64,000 bases of DNA from Methanobacteriota archaeon (GTDB lineage: Archaea; Thermoplasmatota; Thermoplasmata; SG8-5; JAGLSY01). The position numbers were made by a program, and so were the translations under genes. Shown here piece by piece: positions 19,079-28,344 of the stretch. Location: positions 512,001 through 576,000 of the forward strand of contig JAEHCO010000001.1 in the NCBI GenBank assembly GCA_020697715.1, in the 5' to 3' direction. Within the stretch, counting starts at the first letter, position 1. Each line of letters starts with the position of its first letter. A model generated the notes under the pieces. It did not search any database and had not been told where the DNA came from. It saw only the letters and a list, made by a program, of their open reading frames with translations.

Positions 19079-22000
19079 TCACTCAGATGTGAGGTCTTCT
19101 ACTGAGACATCGCCTGGTTCTTCCGATGAAACATCGGCCTCGGGCTCCGGGGCTGCTTCAGCTTCAGGAGCTGGTGCTTCTTCAACAGCTGGTTCTGGAG
19201 CAGGGGTCTCTTCGACTGGTGGTTCTTCCGGTGCTGGAACCTCGTCCTCAGGCTTCTTTCCCTTCATCATCGCCTGAAGTACGATTATGACGACCAGTAT
19301 TATGATGATAATGATCCACATGAAATCATTTCCACCATCACCATCTTCTGCATCATCTACTGGATCTCCTGCTGGTGTATCATCATCCACATCCAAGACC
19401 CCGTCACCATCATCATCCAAGTCCTCAGTAAGGTTGGTCGTCGAGTCTTCTGCTGTGTAACCCGGGTTCCAAGTATCTGGCTGTCCGTCACCATCTGTGT
19501 CCACAGATGCTGCTGGATCATTTGGGAAGGCATCATCTATGTCATCAACACCATCACCATCTGTATCATCTTCTGTTGGAACCGGTACTGGTGTTGTGTC
19601 TATAGCTGTTTGGAAACTATCTGTGTATGTTGTTCCCATTAAATTGCCTGCTATATCCATCGCACTCGCACCCACTGTGAAGTTGTATATACTATCATGC
19701 TCCAACTCTACGAATGAGATAGTGACATATCTGTCTGATAGATCCCAAACAAAACCACTCACATTCGCCCCATCAATGTCAAAAGCTTCCTGAACAGACA
19801 TCCTGTCCATCTCTTCTGTGAATACGATGATGAGATCCCAACCGAGTGGAACGTCCTCCATTGCCTCTCCTGGGGCGACCACAAGCACATCTGGTGGTGT
19901 CATATCAACAATATCGATCCATGTGACCAATTTTCCAATGTTCCCGGCCGCATCCCATGCTGTAATGGTCAAGGTAAAGTTGCCAATGTTCGTAAACGTG
20001 TAGTTCACAATTTCACCTGTTAACATGACATCATTTGCCCCGTCATTGAATGACCATTCATAGCCAATGATACCCACATTGTCGATACTTGCAGAAGCAT
20101 CCAGGGTCACTAATGAACCTTGTGCCATTGTCAGTCCACCTCCAATAATTGTCGGCGGTGTCACATCATTAACGGTTACGGTAAATGTACCAGTCGCACT
20201 GTTTCCTGCCTCATCCAATATTGTGAGAGTGACGACATAAACACCCGGTTCGGTAAAGACATATGATGGCGCTTCTCCGTATAATGTTTGCACGGTATCA
20301 TTCATGAATGTCCAGGTATAGTTCACAATACCCACATTGTCAGTGCAGCCAGCTCCATTGAATGATACTACAGTATCCTCATCCACAATTTGATCCGGAC
20401 CTGCAACGGCGATCGGTGGCGTCACATCAAGAACGACTATGCTGACCATGGCTGTGTCCGTGAATCCCTCATAATCGGTCACTGTCAATGTCACATTGTA
20501 TGTACCAGGCTCTGTGAATATATAGGTCGGGTTGACCCCATACAACTCCATGGTCTGATTATCAAATATGAAGTCCCATGTCCAGTTTATTATCCAGAAC
20601 ACGTCATCAGTGGAACCAGATCCGTCAAAGGTCACGACCGTATCTTCATCCACTGTTTGGTCAGATCCTGCATCTGCTGTTGGGGGTCCAGTTACATAAT
20701 CCAGTATAATGATGATGTCTTTGGACATATCTATGGTAGACACCACATTGCCACTGGATGCTCCCTTTGATGCGCTAATGGTGTGTGGTGTGTACATGGT
20801 TATGGAATTGTTCAGCTGGAAATATTCCTGTCCGATTATCCAATGCACATATCCGTCCATTCCTGTGACTCCAGATGCTACAAGCACTCCATTGATATCA
20901 CGAACCTCGACCATTGAATTTGGTAATCCACGCCCTGTTCCCTGCTGCTCGGCCTTGACATGCATATACCACTGCACAGTTAGAGCTGAGGAATTTCCGG
21001 GCACTATGGTAACACCATTAGCACATGCCATCCAGTAAATGACTGGAGTGATAGTGATAGTGCCGTTGTCACCGCAATCCATCAATCCAGATACATCAGT
21101 TCCTGAAGTGCCGGCAGTCACATTGGTTATGCTCGTGGTCGGGCGCTGGGTTCCGGACATGATGGTAAAGGCAGTTCCGTTCCATGTACATGTTGCTGCT
21201 AAGAAACCGGTCAATGGCACTGCCTGCAATGCGGTTTGGATTATTGCTGCCACATCGTCCATCGTGGTGGCCGTGGTGAAATCAATACCTGCGAGGTTCC
21301 AAAGTGAACCGTCCATCGAGATGGTAAAGCTTCCATCATTCGTGGAGTTCCAGTTGAGTACATCCCCGTCAGCCGCAGTTCCACCGGTCAGTGTTGCCGA
21401 GTATGATGATTCCACATTACCAGATATATCTGTTCCATTGGCTCCACTGTGTGAAGTTGCTGCTGTGATAGCGGATGGTCTTCCTACGGTTCCAGATGTT
21501 ATGACAAAGCCCATTCCATCCCAAATACAGGTGGCATTGGTGAATCCGCCGCTTCCTACGGCCTGCAATCCATTCTCAATGACATCGGCCACGTCATTCA
21601 TTGTCACTATTCCGGAGAAATCAAGTCCATCTATATCTGCGAAGACACCATCAATTCCTATCCTGAATGAACCATTGGATACACCCTGCCAGGCAGGTTG
21701 GAATCCTTCGGCCATGTCTCCGATCAGGCTTGCTGGGCTTCCCTCAACACTCACCTTGTTCTTGTTAAATACCGTGTCCAAGGCCGTTACATTGGAGCAA
21801 GCGATCAAATTCAGTTCGAACTCCGCATCTGGATTGTCGAAGAAGCTGCTCTCCAGGTCAACGATAGTATTCATAGTGAACAATCCACTACCAACACTTG
21901 GAAGGTCTCCGTTCCAGTTACCGCCATTGTCGTAAACCTGTACATTCTCTATTGAGCCAGTGGCATCCAGTACCCCGTTCAGGCTGACCAGGTATATGCC

Positions 22001-25000
22001 GTGCCAGTTATTGCTATAGATGTTACAATCCGAGATATCAACATCCCCGTCCATCACAGCCTCGATATAAATTCCGGCTCCGCGGTTGTCATAGACATCG
22101 ACACCCGAGATGTCAATATCCATGGTATTGGCCAGAAGAGTGATCCCGTTTCCGTTCATCTCATCCCCGCCACCGCACCAGTTACCGTATAGGGCTCCTG
22201 CCACTGTGCCGCCGGTCATATCAAGTTCAAGAATGTTCTGGGCATTGATCTTCAAGGCACTCGCCTTTCCACCAGGTCCAAAGACATTATCATTCATGGT
22301 CGCGAATACATTCTGGGTCAGGGAGGCACCACTGCACCATTCCCCGATCCTGACACCGAAATCGTATATCTCATCTTCATCGTAAATCTCATCCCATATT
22401 CCCTGGACGATATTGTTGTTCATCTCAAGAGTTATATTATTCTGAGATGCTATCTTGATACCGCCTCCAGCATCTGCATCTTTCTGGAAATCCGCGATTA
22501 TTGTATTATCTGATATCCTGGCAAATATGTTATCAGCATAAGCAGACCCACCAGAAGCACCGATGGTGATGGCTCCTTCAAGCGATGCATCATTTGAGAA
22601 GATGGCAATGTGATTGTATCTTATGTCATTGCCAATGATATCAGTATATATGTCACCATTTCCAATTATGCTGATGATGCCGCCACCAGTTGGCCCGCCT
22701 CCGCCCAGGATATTGATCAATATTGTATTGTCCAGAAGGTCAGCACTGACATTTCCTGGCGTGCCCCAATCATTACCAATGGATATCAAGGTTCCAGTAT
22801 CAATGTCCAAAGATGCTACCATCTCCGTGTACTCGAAATAATTGTTGGATATTGTGGTATTGAGGAAATCATAGATATCCAGGTTCACAAAGGAGCACCC
22901 GTCCTCATCCATTATATTTTCCACAATGAACTCATTGTCTGTTACAATAACATCTCCAGTATCGGCATTGACACCAAGTAATCCCTCTGAGCCGATCCGT
23001 CCATTTCCATAATACTTGTTCATTGAGAAGAACACATCGGCATTGTCATTACTTTCAAGAATAAATACAGAATATAATTCTGGGAAGTCGGTACCCAGAG
23101 ATACAATCTCAATATCATTCCCAGTTATGATCGCGGTAAGGTCACCATTATCTGCATCTACATCAAACACTTCTCTGAGCTCGTTCACTTTTGATAGAAT
23201 GTGATTATCCATGATCGTGATATTTATGTCTATACTCGCATCAATATTGAATATACGGTCAATACAGTAACCGACCCCGTATGTTATGATATTGTTTCCA
23301 GAGAGATCTAAGGTCATGTTACCAGCATCTGCATCAAATTCTATGAAATCATTTTTATTTTCGTACATGTACGTGGTGGTCACAGTATCTGTCATCACTA
23401 TTGTGTTTTGACTAAAGGATGCGGCCATATTGTTATCGGCATAGAATTCAAATCCATCGAACATATACCTTTGGATATTGATATCATTGTTCTCAAATGC
23501 CAAGGTCATATTATCAGATTCCACATCGAACAAATGCGCTCCGTGTAAGGCAATGTCAACATCATTGTCTATGAAGGTGAAATCCATATCTCCGTTATCG
23601 GCATAGATCTCGAAGACGGGTTTCCAATCCTGTGTATAATCATCCACATGATAATCATCTATCAGATCTCCATTGATGTAGATATCATTCCCCTCAAATC
23701 CAAGGTCCATGTTCTGATCGAATGACTCAATGTAGAATAATGAAGTATATACCCAGGCATCGGTGATCGTGATATTATTATTGATCAGATCCAAGGTAAT
23801 ATTCTCATTGGCCGTTACATAGAACACCCACCTGTCATTATCCCTACAATAATCGTCACTTCCGATGATTATGTCATTGTTCTCTATAGTGGCGGTGATA
23901 TTTCCATCAGAGTATAACTCAAATGTTCTCCTGTGGTATTCGTCTACAATTATCGGTAGATAATTGTTTTTAATAATGGCATTAAGATTGTTGGAGCATT
24001 CGAAGTTGAAAGCAGATCCCTCATATGAGTATGGGAATGAACCTACATCGAACTCGATATAATTGTCCATGATGATCACATTGATATCCTCACAATTCCT
24101 GATACAGAATGAATCCCACATATCGGGATCGTTTGTAAATGATATGGCATTCCTTATGAAGTTGGCATTGATGGTGTCTGCATCTTCAAAGAAGAAAGCC
24201 TCTTTAAGATGATCGCTGTATATGTAGATGAAGCAATCAGCTATAGTGACATCCAAGACATCATTCGCAGTTATATACAATCCCTCATGAACTTCGTTGC
24301 AATAAACGTCCACCATGGTATTCTCAAAGGTTATGCTTGCATTTTCATTCCCACTGAACCAGAATATATGATATAATGAATCAAATTCCCCACCAATTGT
24401 ACAATCAATGAACAATGCATTCATGTCTCCACCAGCACTACCAAGAACTATTGCGTCCATATAGCTACCATCGATATCACAGTATATCTCATTCTCCTGG
24501 AAATTGAGGTTAACATCAGCATTATCAGACTCAAATGAGAATATTCCATCATTGTTGCCGGAAGTATCTGACTCGTCATTAACAATGTTGTTTAAGAAGT
24601 CAAAGTTCAATGTTTCTCCAGCTTCTATTTCGAAGACCGAACCAGAGGATATTTCCTCATGATTTATATCAAAGGAGTTATCGGTCATGGTCACATTCAT
24701 AAAATCATCTGCATACATGTAAATGAGATACCATAGGACCATCCAGCTTTTATCCCCATTGCAATCCATGACATTATCAACAAAATTCAATTCAATATTG
24801 CCATTGGAACGCATATACAGGTTCTCGGCCCAGCCAAAGCCATCTGAACCACTGAAATAATTGCCCGTCATATCGATGTCCAATAGGTTCCGGGCTCCGA
24901 AATTCTCGATCATCGTTCCAGTAGATTTATCTCCATTCCCGATAATGACATTGTCAGTGAAGGTCAGTGTGGTGTTGGCTGAGGTTGGTGAATCCCACGG

Positions 25001-26929
25001 CCCATACATTCCAATGGAAATCACACCACCATCGTAAACACCCCAGTTCTCCACTATGGTGTTCCTCTCCATGGTGACCATAAGCTCTCCATCGTTCGTG
25101 TCAATGTATAAAGCCGCCGCAGGCATATTACCAGGTCTGGGTTGGAAAGGCCAGTCACATAGGTCTGCATCGTTGCCCCATATCTCACAGTCTGAGATGG
25201 TGGCATAAACCAAGTTCGGTGCGTGAATGAACATCCCATGCCCACCAAATGAAGTGTTGACATTATCCAGGTCACATACTATTTGATCTGTTGCTCTTAA
25301 GAATACACCAGAGTAGTATGAGTTAGTTAAGGTCGAATCATAGATGGTTGCATCAATGGTGTTTGCTGTAATGATCTCAACACCGTGCTCACCGTTATCA
25401 TCAGCATTTATATCGTGCAGATCGATCACGACATCCTGAACCGCGATCACAATGCCAGAGCCAGTATTACTGAAGAACATATTATCCGCTATCATGCCGT
25501 TCACGACATAGTTGGGATTGGTCATGTTTCCCACACCAAGGCCGAACCCAGCGTTTCCAGCTATCATATTGTTGGCCAAAGTTGCGGGGAAGCAGCTGTC
25601 GAATATCAGACCGTTGTAGTTGTCGAATATCATGGAGTTCTGTATGGCCACACTGTTGGATTGAATATAAATTCCAGTGTTGCTCATGTAAACTGGATCT
25701 TCAACCACATTGGCCGCTCCATCCATCCACCAATGGACTGGAGGTGTTGTTATCAAACCAAAGAGATTGTCACAATCCATATCGAAGCTTATATCAGTCC
25801 CTGGCCCGGGTGTCACGTAGGTCATTGTCGGAGCCGCGCTGATCATTCCAGATGTGATGATGAAGTTGGTCCCTGTCCAAATGCAGGTCGCACCTGTGAA
25901 CCCTGGGGCAACAATGGTCTGTATTGCTGCTTGAATGAGGGCTGCCACTGCAGGCATATCGGCAGCTAGCGTGAAATTTATTGGGCCAATGGTCTGTGTG
26001 AAACCTTCGAACCCTATTGTGAAGTTCCCATCGGTGATGGTCTGCCAATTGGCAATGTTACTTTCGGCACCCACTCCTCCTGTCAAGACTGCAGCGAAGG
26101 TGGATGGAATCATACCTGAGATATCAGTTCCAACTGCACCACTATGTGTGACCAGAGCACTGACTGAAGATTCCATATAGTTGAGTGAAATATCGCTTCC
26201 AGATGTTATAGTAAAAGAATTTCCAGTCCATGCTACTTGAGCCGCTGCGAACCCTCCGGTTCCAATGACTCGTATCGCAGTCTGGATCCTGCCCCTAACA
26301 TCGTTCATGCTGCCCACTCCTGTGAAGTCTATGGGTCCAATGTCCGAGTAAACACCATCTATTGTGACTCCGAAGGTACCATTCGTGATAGCCTCCCATA
26401 TTAGATAGTCAGGCTCGGCATCAGTGTCACCCCACAATCTTCCGTTCGTTGTACTGAGGTAACCCATATTCTCGATCTTACTGTTCTGGATATCCACGAC
26501 CGCGTTCGGTCTGATCCATAAATTTGCCTCGTCATTCGTGTCATTGGTTGTGATTACAGAAGCATCGGTATCAAAGATCTCCGTGGGCATAAAACCGTCG
26601 CCCCCATCCTGCATTATGAGTGTTCCACCATCTTCCACTTCAATGTGAAACTGGCCAGGGAATGAGCAGTTCATCAATATCGTCGTATTGACGAGTGTCA
26701 GGGTCTCACCTGCTGGTATTGTCAGGTTACCTGTCAAATATATGGTCTCATTCTCAAAATAGTCATCAGGTGTGGTTACAACCCAATCACCCTCAATGAA
26801 CTGATCCCCATTTGTTATGTCATCTGGCGGTGGAGGTGCTGTGGCTCCTGAAACCACCATGTTCATGAACACTACACTCATCATTGCTAGCGATAATATT
26901 ATTGCGTATACCTTCCTCATCATAGTCAA
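19079..26929 (-). CDS. Giant (2616 aa) membrane-anchored surface protein: beta-helix repeats, PKD domains, Ig-like domain, TSP3-like Ca-binding repeats
   Basis: N-terminal signal peptide; long N/D/I-rich parallel beta-helix-type repeats; three PKD units (ADAGSDQTVDEDTVVTFDGSGS...PGTYNVTLTVTD); Big_5-like Ig domain; DTDGDGVDDIDDAFPNDP repeats; C-terminal TM helix and P/E-rich tail. Confidence 0.85.
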   Translation of the reverse strand: MTMMRKVYAIILSLAMMSVVFMNMVVSGATAPPPPDDITNGDQFIEGDWVVTTPDDYFENETIYLTGNLTIPAGETLTLVNTTILMNCSFPGQFHIEVEDGGTLIMQDGGDGFMPTEIFDTDASVITTNDTNDEANLWIRPNAVVDIQNSKIENMGYLSTTNGRLWGDTDAEPDYLIWEAITNGTFGVTIDGVYSDIGPIDFTGVGSMNDVRGRIQTAIRVIGTGGFAAAQVAWTGNSFTITSGSDISLNYMESSVSALVTHSGAVGTDISGMIPSTFAAVLTGGVGAESNIANWQTITDGNFTIGFEGFTQTIGPINFTLAADMPAVAALIQAAIQTIVAPGFTGATCIWTGTNFIITSGMISAAPTMTYVTPGPGTDISFDMDCDNLFGLITTPPVHWWMDGAANVVEDPVYMSNTGIYIQSNSVAIQNSMIFDNYNGLIFDSCFPATLANNMIAGNAGFGLGVGNMTNPNYVVNGMIADNMFFSNTGSGIVIAVQDVVIDLHDINADDNGEHGVEIITANTIDATIYDSTLTNSYYSGVFLRATDQIVCDLDNVNTSFGGHGMFIHAPNLVYATISDCEIWGNDADLCDWPFQPRPGNMPAAALYIDTNDGELMVTMERNTIVENWGVYDGGVISIGMYGPWDSPTSANTTLTFTDNVIIGNGDKSTGTMIENFGARNLLDIDMTGNYFSGSDGFGWAENLYMRSNGNIELNFVDNVMDCNGDKSWMVLWYLIYMYADDFMNVTMTDNSFDINHEEISSGSVFEIEAGETLNFDFLNNIVNDESDTSGNNDGIFSFESDNADVNLNFQENEIYCDIDGSYMDAIVLGSAGGDMNALFIDCTIGGEFDSLYHIFWFSGNENASITFENTMVDVYCNEVHEGLYITANDVLDVTIADCFIYIYSDHLKEAFFFEDADTINANFIRNAISFTNDPDMWDSFCIRNCEDINVIIMDNYIEFDVGSFPYSYEGSAFNFECSNNLNAIIKNNYLPIIVDEYHRRTFELYSDGNITATIENNDIIIGSDDYCRDNDRWVFYVTANENITLDLINNNITITDAWVYTSLFYIESFDQNMDLGFEGNDIYINGDLIDDYHVDDYTQDWKPVFEIYADNGDMDFTFIDNDVDIALHGAHLFDVESDNMTLAFENNDINIQRYMFDGFEFYADNNMAASFSQNTIVMTDTVTTTYMYENKNDFIEFDADAGNMTLDLSGNNIITYGVGYCIDRIFNIDASIDINITIMDNHILSKVNELREVFDVDADNGDLTAIITGNDIEIVSLGTDFPELYSVFILESNDNADVFFSMNKYYGNGRIGSEGLLGVNADTGDVIVTDNEFIVENIMDEDGCSFVNLDIYDFLNTTISNNYFEYTEMVASLDIDTGTLISIGNDWGTPGNVSADLLDNTILINILGGGGPTGGGIISIIGNGDIYTDIIGNDIRYNHIAIFSNDASLEGAITIGASGGSAYADNIFARISDNTIIADFQKDADAGGGIKIASQNNITLEMNNNIVQGIWDEIYDEDEIYDFGVRIGEWCSGASLTQNVFATMNDNVFGPGGKASALKINAQNILELDMTGGTVAGALYGNWCGGGDEMNGNGITLLANTMDIDISGVDVYDNRGAGIYIEAVMDGDVDISDCNIYSNNWHGIYLVSLNGVLDATGSIENVQVYDNGGNWNGDLPSVGSGLFTMNTIVDLESSFFDNPDAEFELNLIACSNVTALDTVFNKNKVSVEGSPASLIGDMAEGFQPAWQGVSNGSFRIGIDGVFADIDGLDFSGIVTMNDVADVIENGLQAVGSGGFTNATCIWDGMGFVITSGTVGRPSAITAATSHSGANGTDISGNVESSYSATLTGGTAADGDVLNWNSTNDGSFTISMDGSLWNLAGIDFTTATTMDDVAAIIQTALQAVPLTGFLAATCTWNGTAFTIMSGTQRPTTSITNVTAGTSGTDVSGLMDCGDNGTITITPVIYWMACANGVTIVPGNSSALTVQWYMHVKAEQQGTGRGLPNSMVEVRDINGVLVASGVTGMDGYVHWIIGQEYFQLNNSITMYTPHTISASKGASSGNVVSTIDMSKDIIIILDYVTGPPTADAGSDQTVDEDTVVTFDGSGSTDDVFWIINWTWDFIFDNQTMELYGVNPTYIFTEPGTYNVTLTVTDYEGFTDTAMVSIVVLDVTPPIAVAGPDQIVDEDTVVSFNGAGCTDNVGIVNYTWTFMNDTVQTLYGEAPSYVFTEPGVYVVTLTILDEAGNSATGTFTVTVNDVTPPTIIGGGLTMAQGSLVTLDASASIDNVGIIGYEWSFNDGANDVMLTGEIVNYTFTNIGNFTLTITAWDAAGNIGKLVTWIDIVDMTPPDVLVVAPGEAMEDVPLGWDLIIVFTEEMDRMSVQEAFDIDGANVSGFVWDLSDRYVTISFVELEHDSIYNFTVGASAMDIAGNLMGTTYTDSFQTAIDTTPVPVPTEDDTDGDGVDDIDDAFPNDPAASVDTDGDGQPDTWNPGYTAEDSTTNLTEDLDDDGDGVLDVDDDTPAGDPVDDAEDGDGGNDFMWIIIIIILVVIIVLQAMMKGKKPEDEVPAPEEPPVEETPAPEPAVEEAPAPEAEAAPEPEADVSSEEPGDVSVEDLTSE

Positions 26930-26988
26930 ACTCTCCTGTTTAATCTAATATTCTCTATAATACATAGGATAATATAGATATATAAATA

Positions 26989-27026
26989 AATAGTTATAAA
27001 CAATAGTTATAAACAATGGTTAATAA
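26989..27026. repeat. 13-bp tandem repeat upstream of the giant surface-protein gene
   Basis: aatagttataaac twice, then degenerate aatggttaataa. Confidence 0.6.
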
Positions 27027-27065
27027 AATATACTTTTAGTATTTTTGTATATTATCTATTGTTAA

Positions 27066-27506
27066 TTAGGTGATTTTCATCTCCTTAAGCCCCGATTCGG
27101 AATTCAGCACTCTGCTGAATTCCACATCTTCGAATTTCAGTATCAGGATCTCATTGAGAACACACACTTTCGCTCTTTTCAGATGCCCGCCCAATAATTT
27201 GTGATCTGATCCTGCAAGTCCAACATGAATGTGGATCATGGTCTCATCCTTGGTCGAAATACTGCCATGCATACTTACCAGTTCATGTGGTTGCTCATGT
27301 ATCACCCAGTCATATTCCCCATCCTTGAAGAAACCGATCTCGAAGTCCGCCAGCATACCGATCCCCGATACTATTATTCCCGATCTTATGTCATATTCCA
27401 CAATGGCTTTCTCCAAGCATTCGAATAATCCTTCTCCATCGTCCAGCTTCAGTGCGATGAATTTGTCCTCCACTTTCCCATGCATGTTTAACCTCTCCAT
27501 TTTCAT
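27066..27506 (-). CDS. PPC/DUF296 domain protein
   Basis: IALKLDDGEGL...SGIGML...ELVSMHGSI...HIHVGLAG...GGHL. Confidence 0.85.
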   Translation of the reverse strand: MKMERLNMHGKVEDKFIALKLDDGEGLFECLEKAIVEYDIRSGIIVSGIGMLADFEIGFFKDGEYDWVIHEQPHELVSMHGSISTKDETMIHIHVGLAGSDHKLLGGHLKRAKVCVLNEILILKFEDVEFSRVLNSESGLKEMKIT

Positions 27507-27550
27507 TACGAGCTTTTGAATGTGCGAACTGAGTTAACACATTCAAATCC

Positions 27551-27949
27551 CTATCTTCTTTTTATATTAAAAACATAACGCGTTGGCACACGCCTCTTCA
27601 TTCCTGTCCAATAAGTGCAGGTTGGACAGGTATGGCCCAATGTCACAGTCCCGCCAAACACAGTTTGATTCTTGGATTTTTTTAATTTGGAACCACACAC
27701 GGGGCAATTGGACAGGGGCTCTTTTTCCTGCTCCGTTTCCTTACAATGTACCTCCACCTGAGCAATGCCTGTATTGATGGCCAGTAATCTCATTCGAGTT
27801 CCGCCGACCTTGAAGTTCTCATTGTTCTGGTTCAGCTCCCTCTCAACCAGTTCCTTCAGCTTTTTCTGTGAGTTGACCACCTTGTACCTGGCCATCACAT
27901 CCCTTATGGCGATTATCACCTGATCGCTCTTGGGTATCCTGTACATCAA
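27551..27949 (-). CDS. Hypothetical protein with C-terminal zinc ribbon
   Basis: CPVCG...CPTC pairs; basic N-terminal helical region. Confidence 0.7.
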   Translation of the reverse strand: MMYRIPKSDQVIIAIRDVMARYKVVNSQKKLKELVERELNQNNENFKVGGTRMRLLAINTGIAQVEVHCKETEQEKEPLSNCPVCGSKLKKSKNQTVFGGTVTLGHTCPTCTYWTGMKRRVPTRYVFNIKRR

Positions 27950-28056
27950 GTATGGTATTGGTTTCGATATATATAAGTTTGAACATCCGGGCTATGGCCA
28001 CTATGAACTAATGTACCAGGCGTAAGTTAATATAGCCAGTTATCGATCATCATATC

Positions 28057-28251
28057 ATGGAATGCAAAAAAGAAATCAATTTAGAAAATTGCAATTGCTC
28101 ATATCCTGGCTGCAGCCGAAAAGGCAGATGTTGCGAGTGCTTGGCTTATCATCTGAAGATGAGACAGTTGCCAGCCTGCTGCTTTCCGGATGATGTGGAA
28201 AGAACATATGATAGGTCATTTGAGAAATTCGCCGAAGCCTGGAAATTGTGA
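28057..28251 (+). CDS. Small Cys-rich conserved protein (DUF6485-like)
   Basis: CNCSYPGCSRKGRCCECLAYH...LPACCF...YDRS pattern. Confidence 0.7.
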   Translation: MECKKEINLENCNCSYPGCSRKGRCCECLAYHLKMRQLPACCFPDDVERTYDRSFEKFAEAWKL

Positions 28252-28344
28252 AGGAATATGGTTATAGGTCTTTATCAGGAAGAAATGCTATCATCATTTC
28301 TTTTTTAGAAACCCTTTTACTTCTTCAATCATATCACATGCGCA

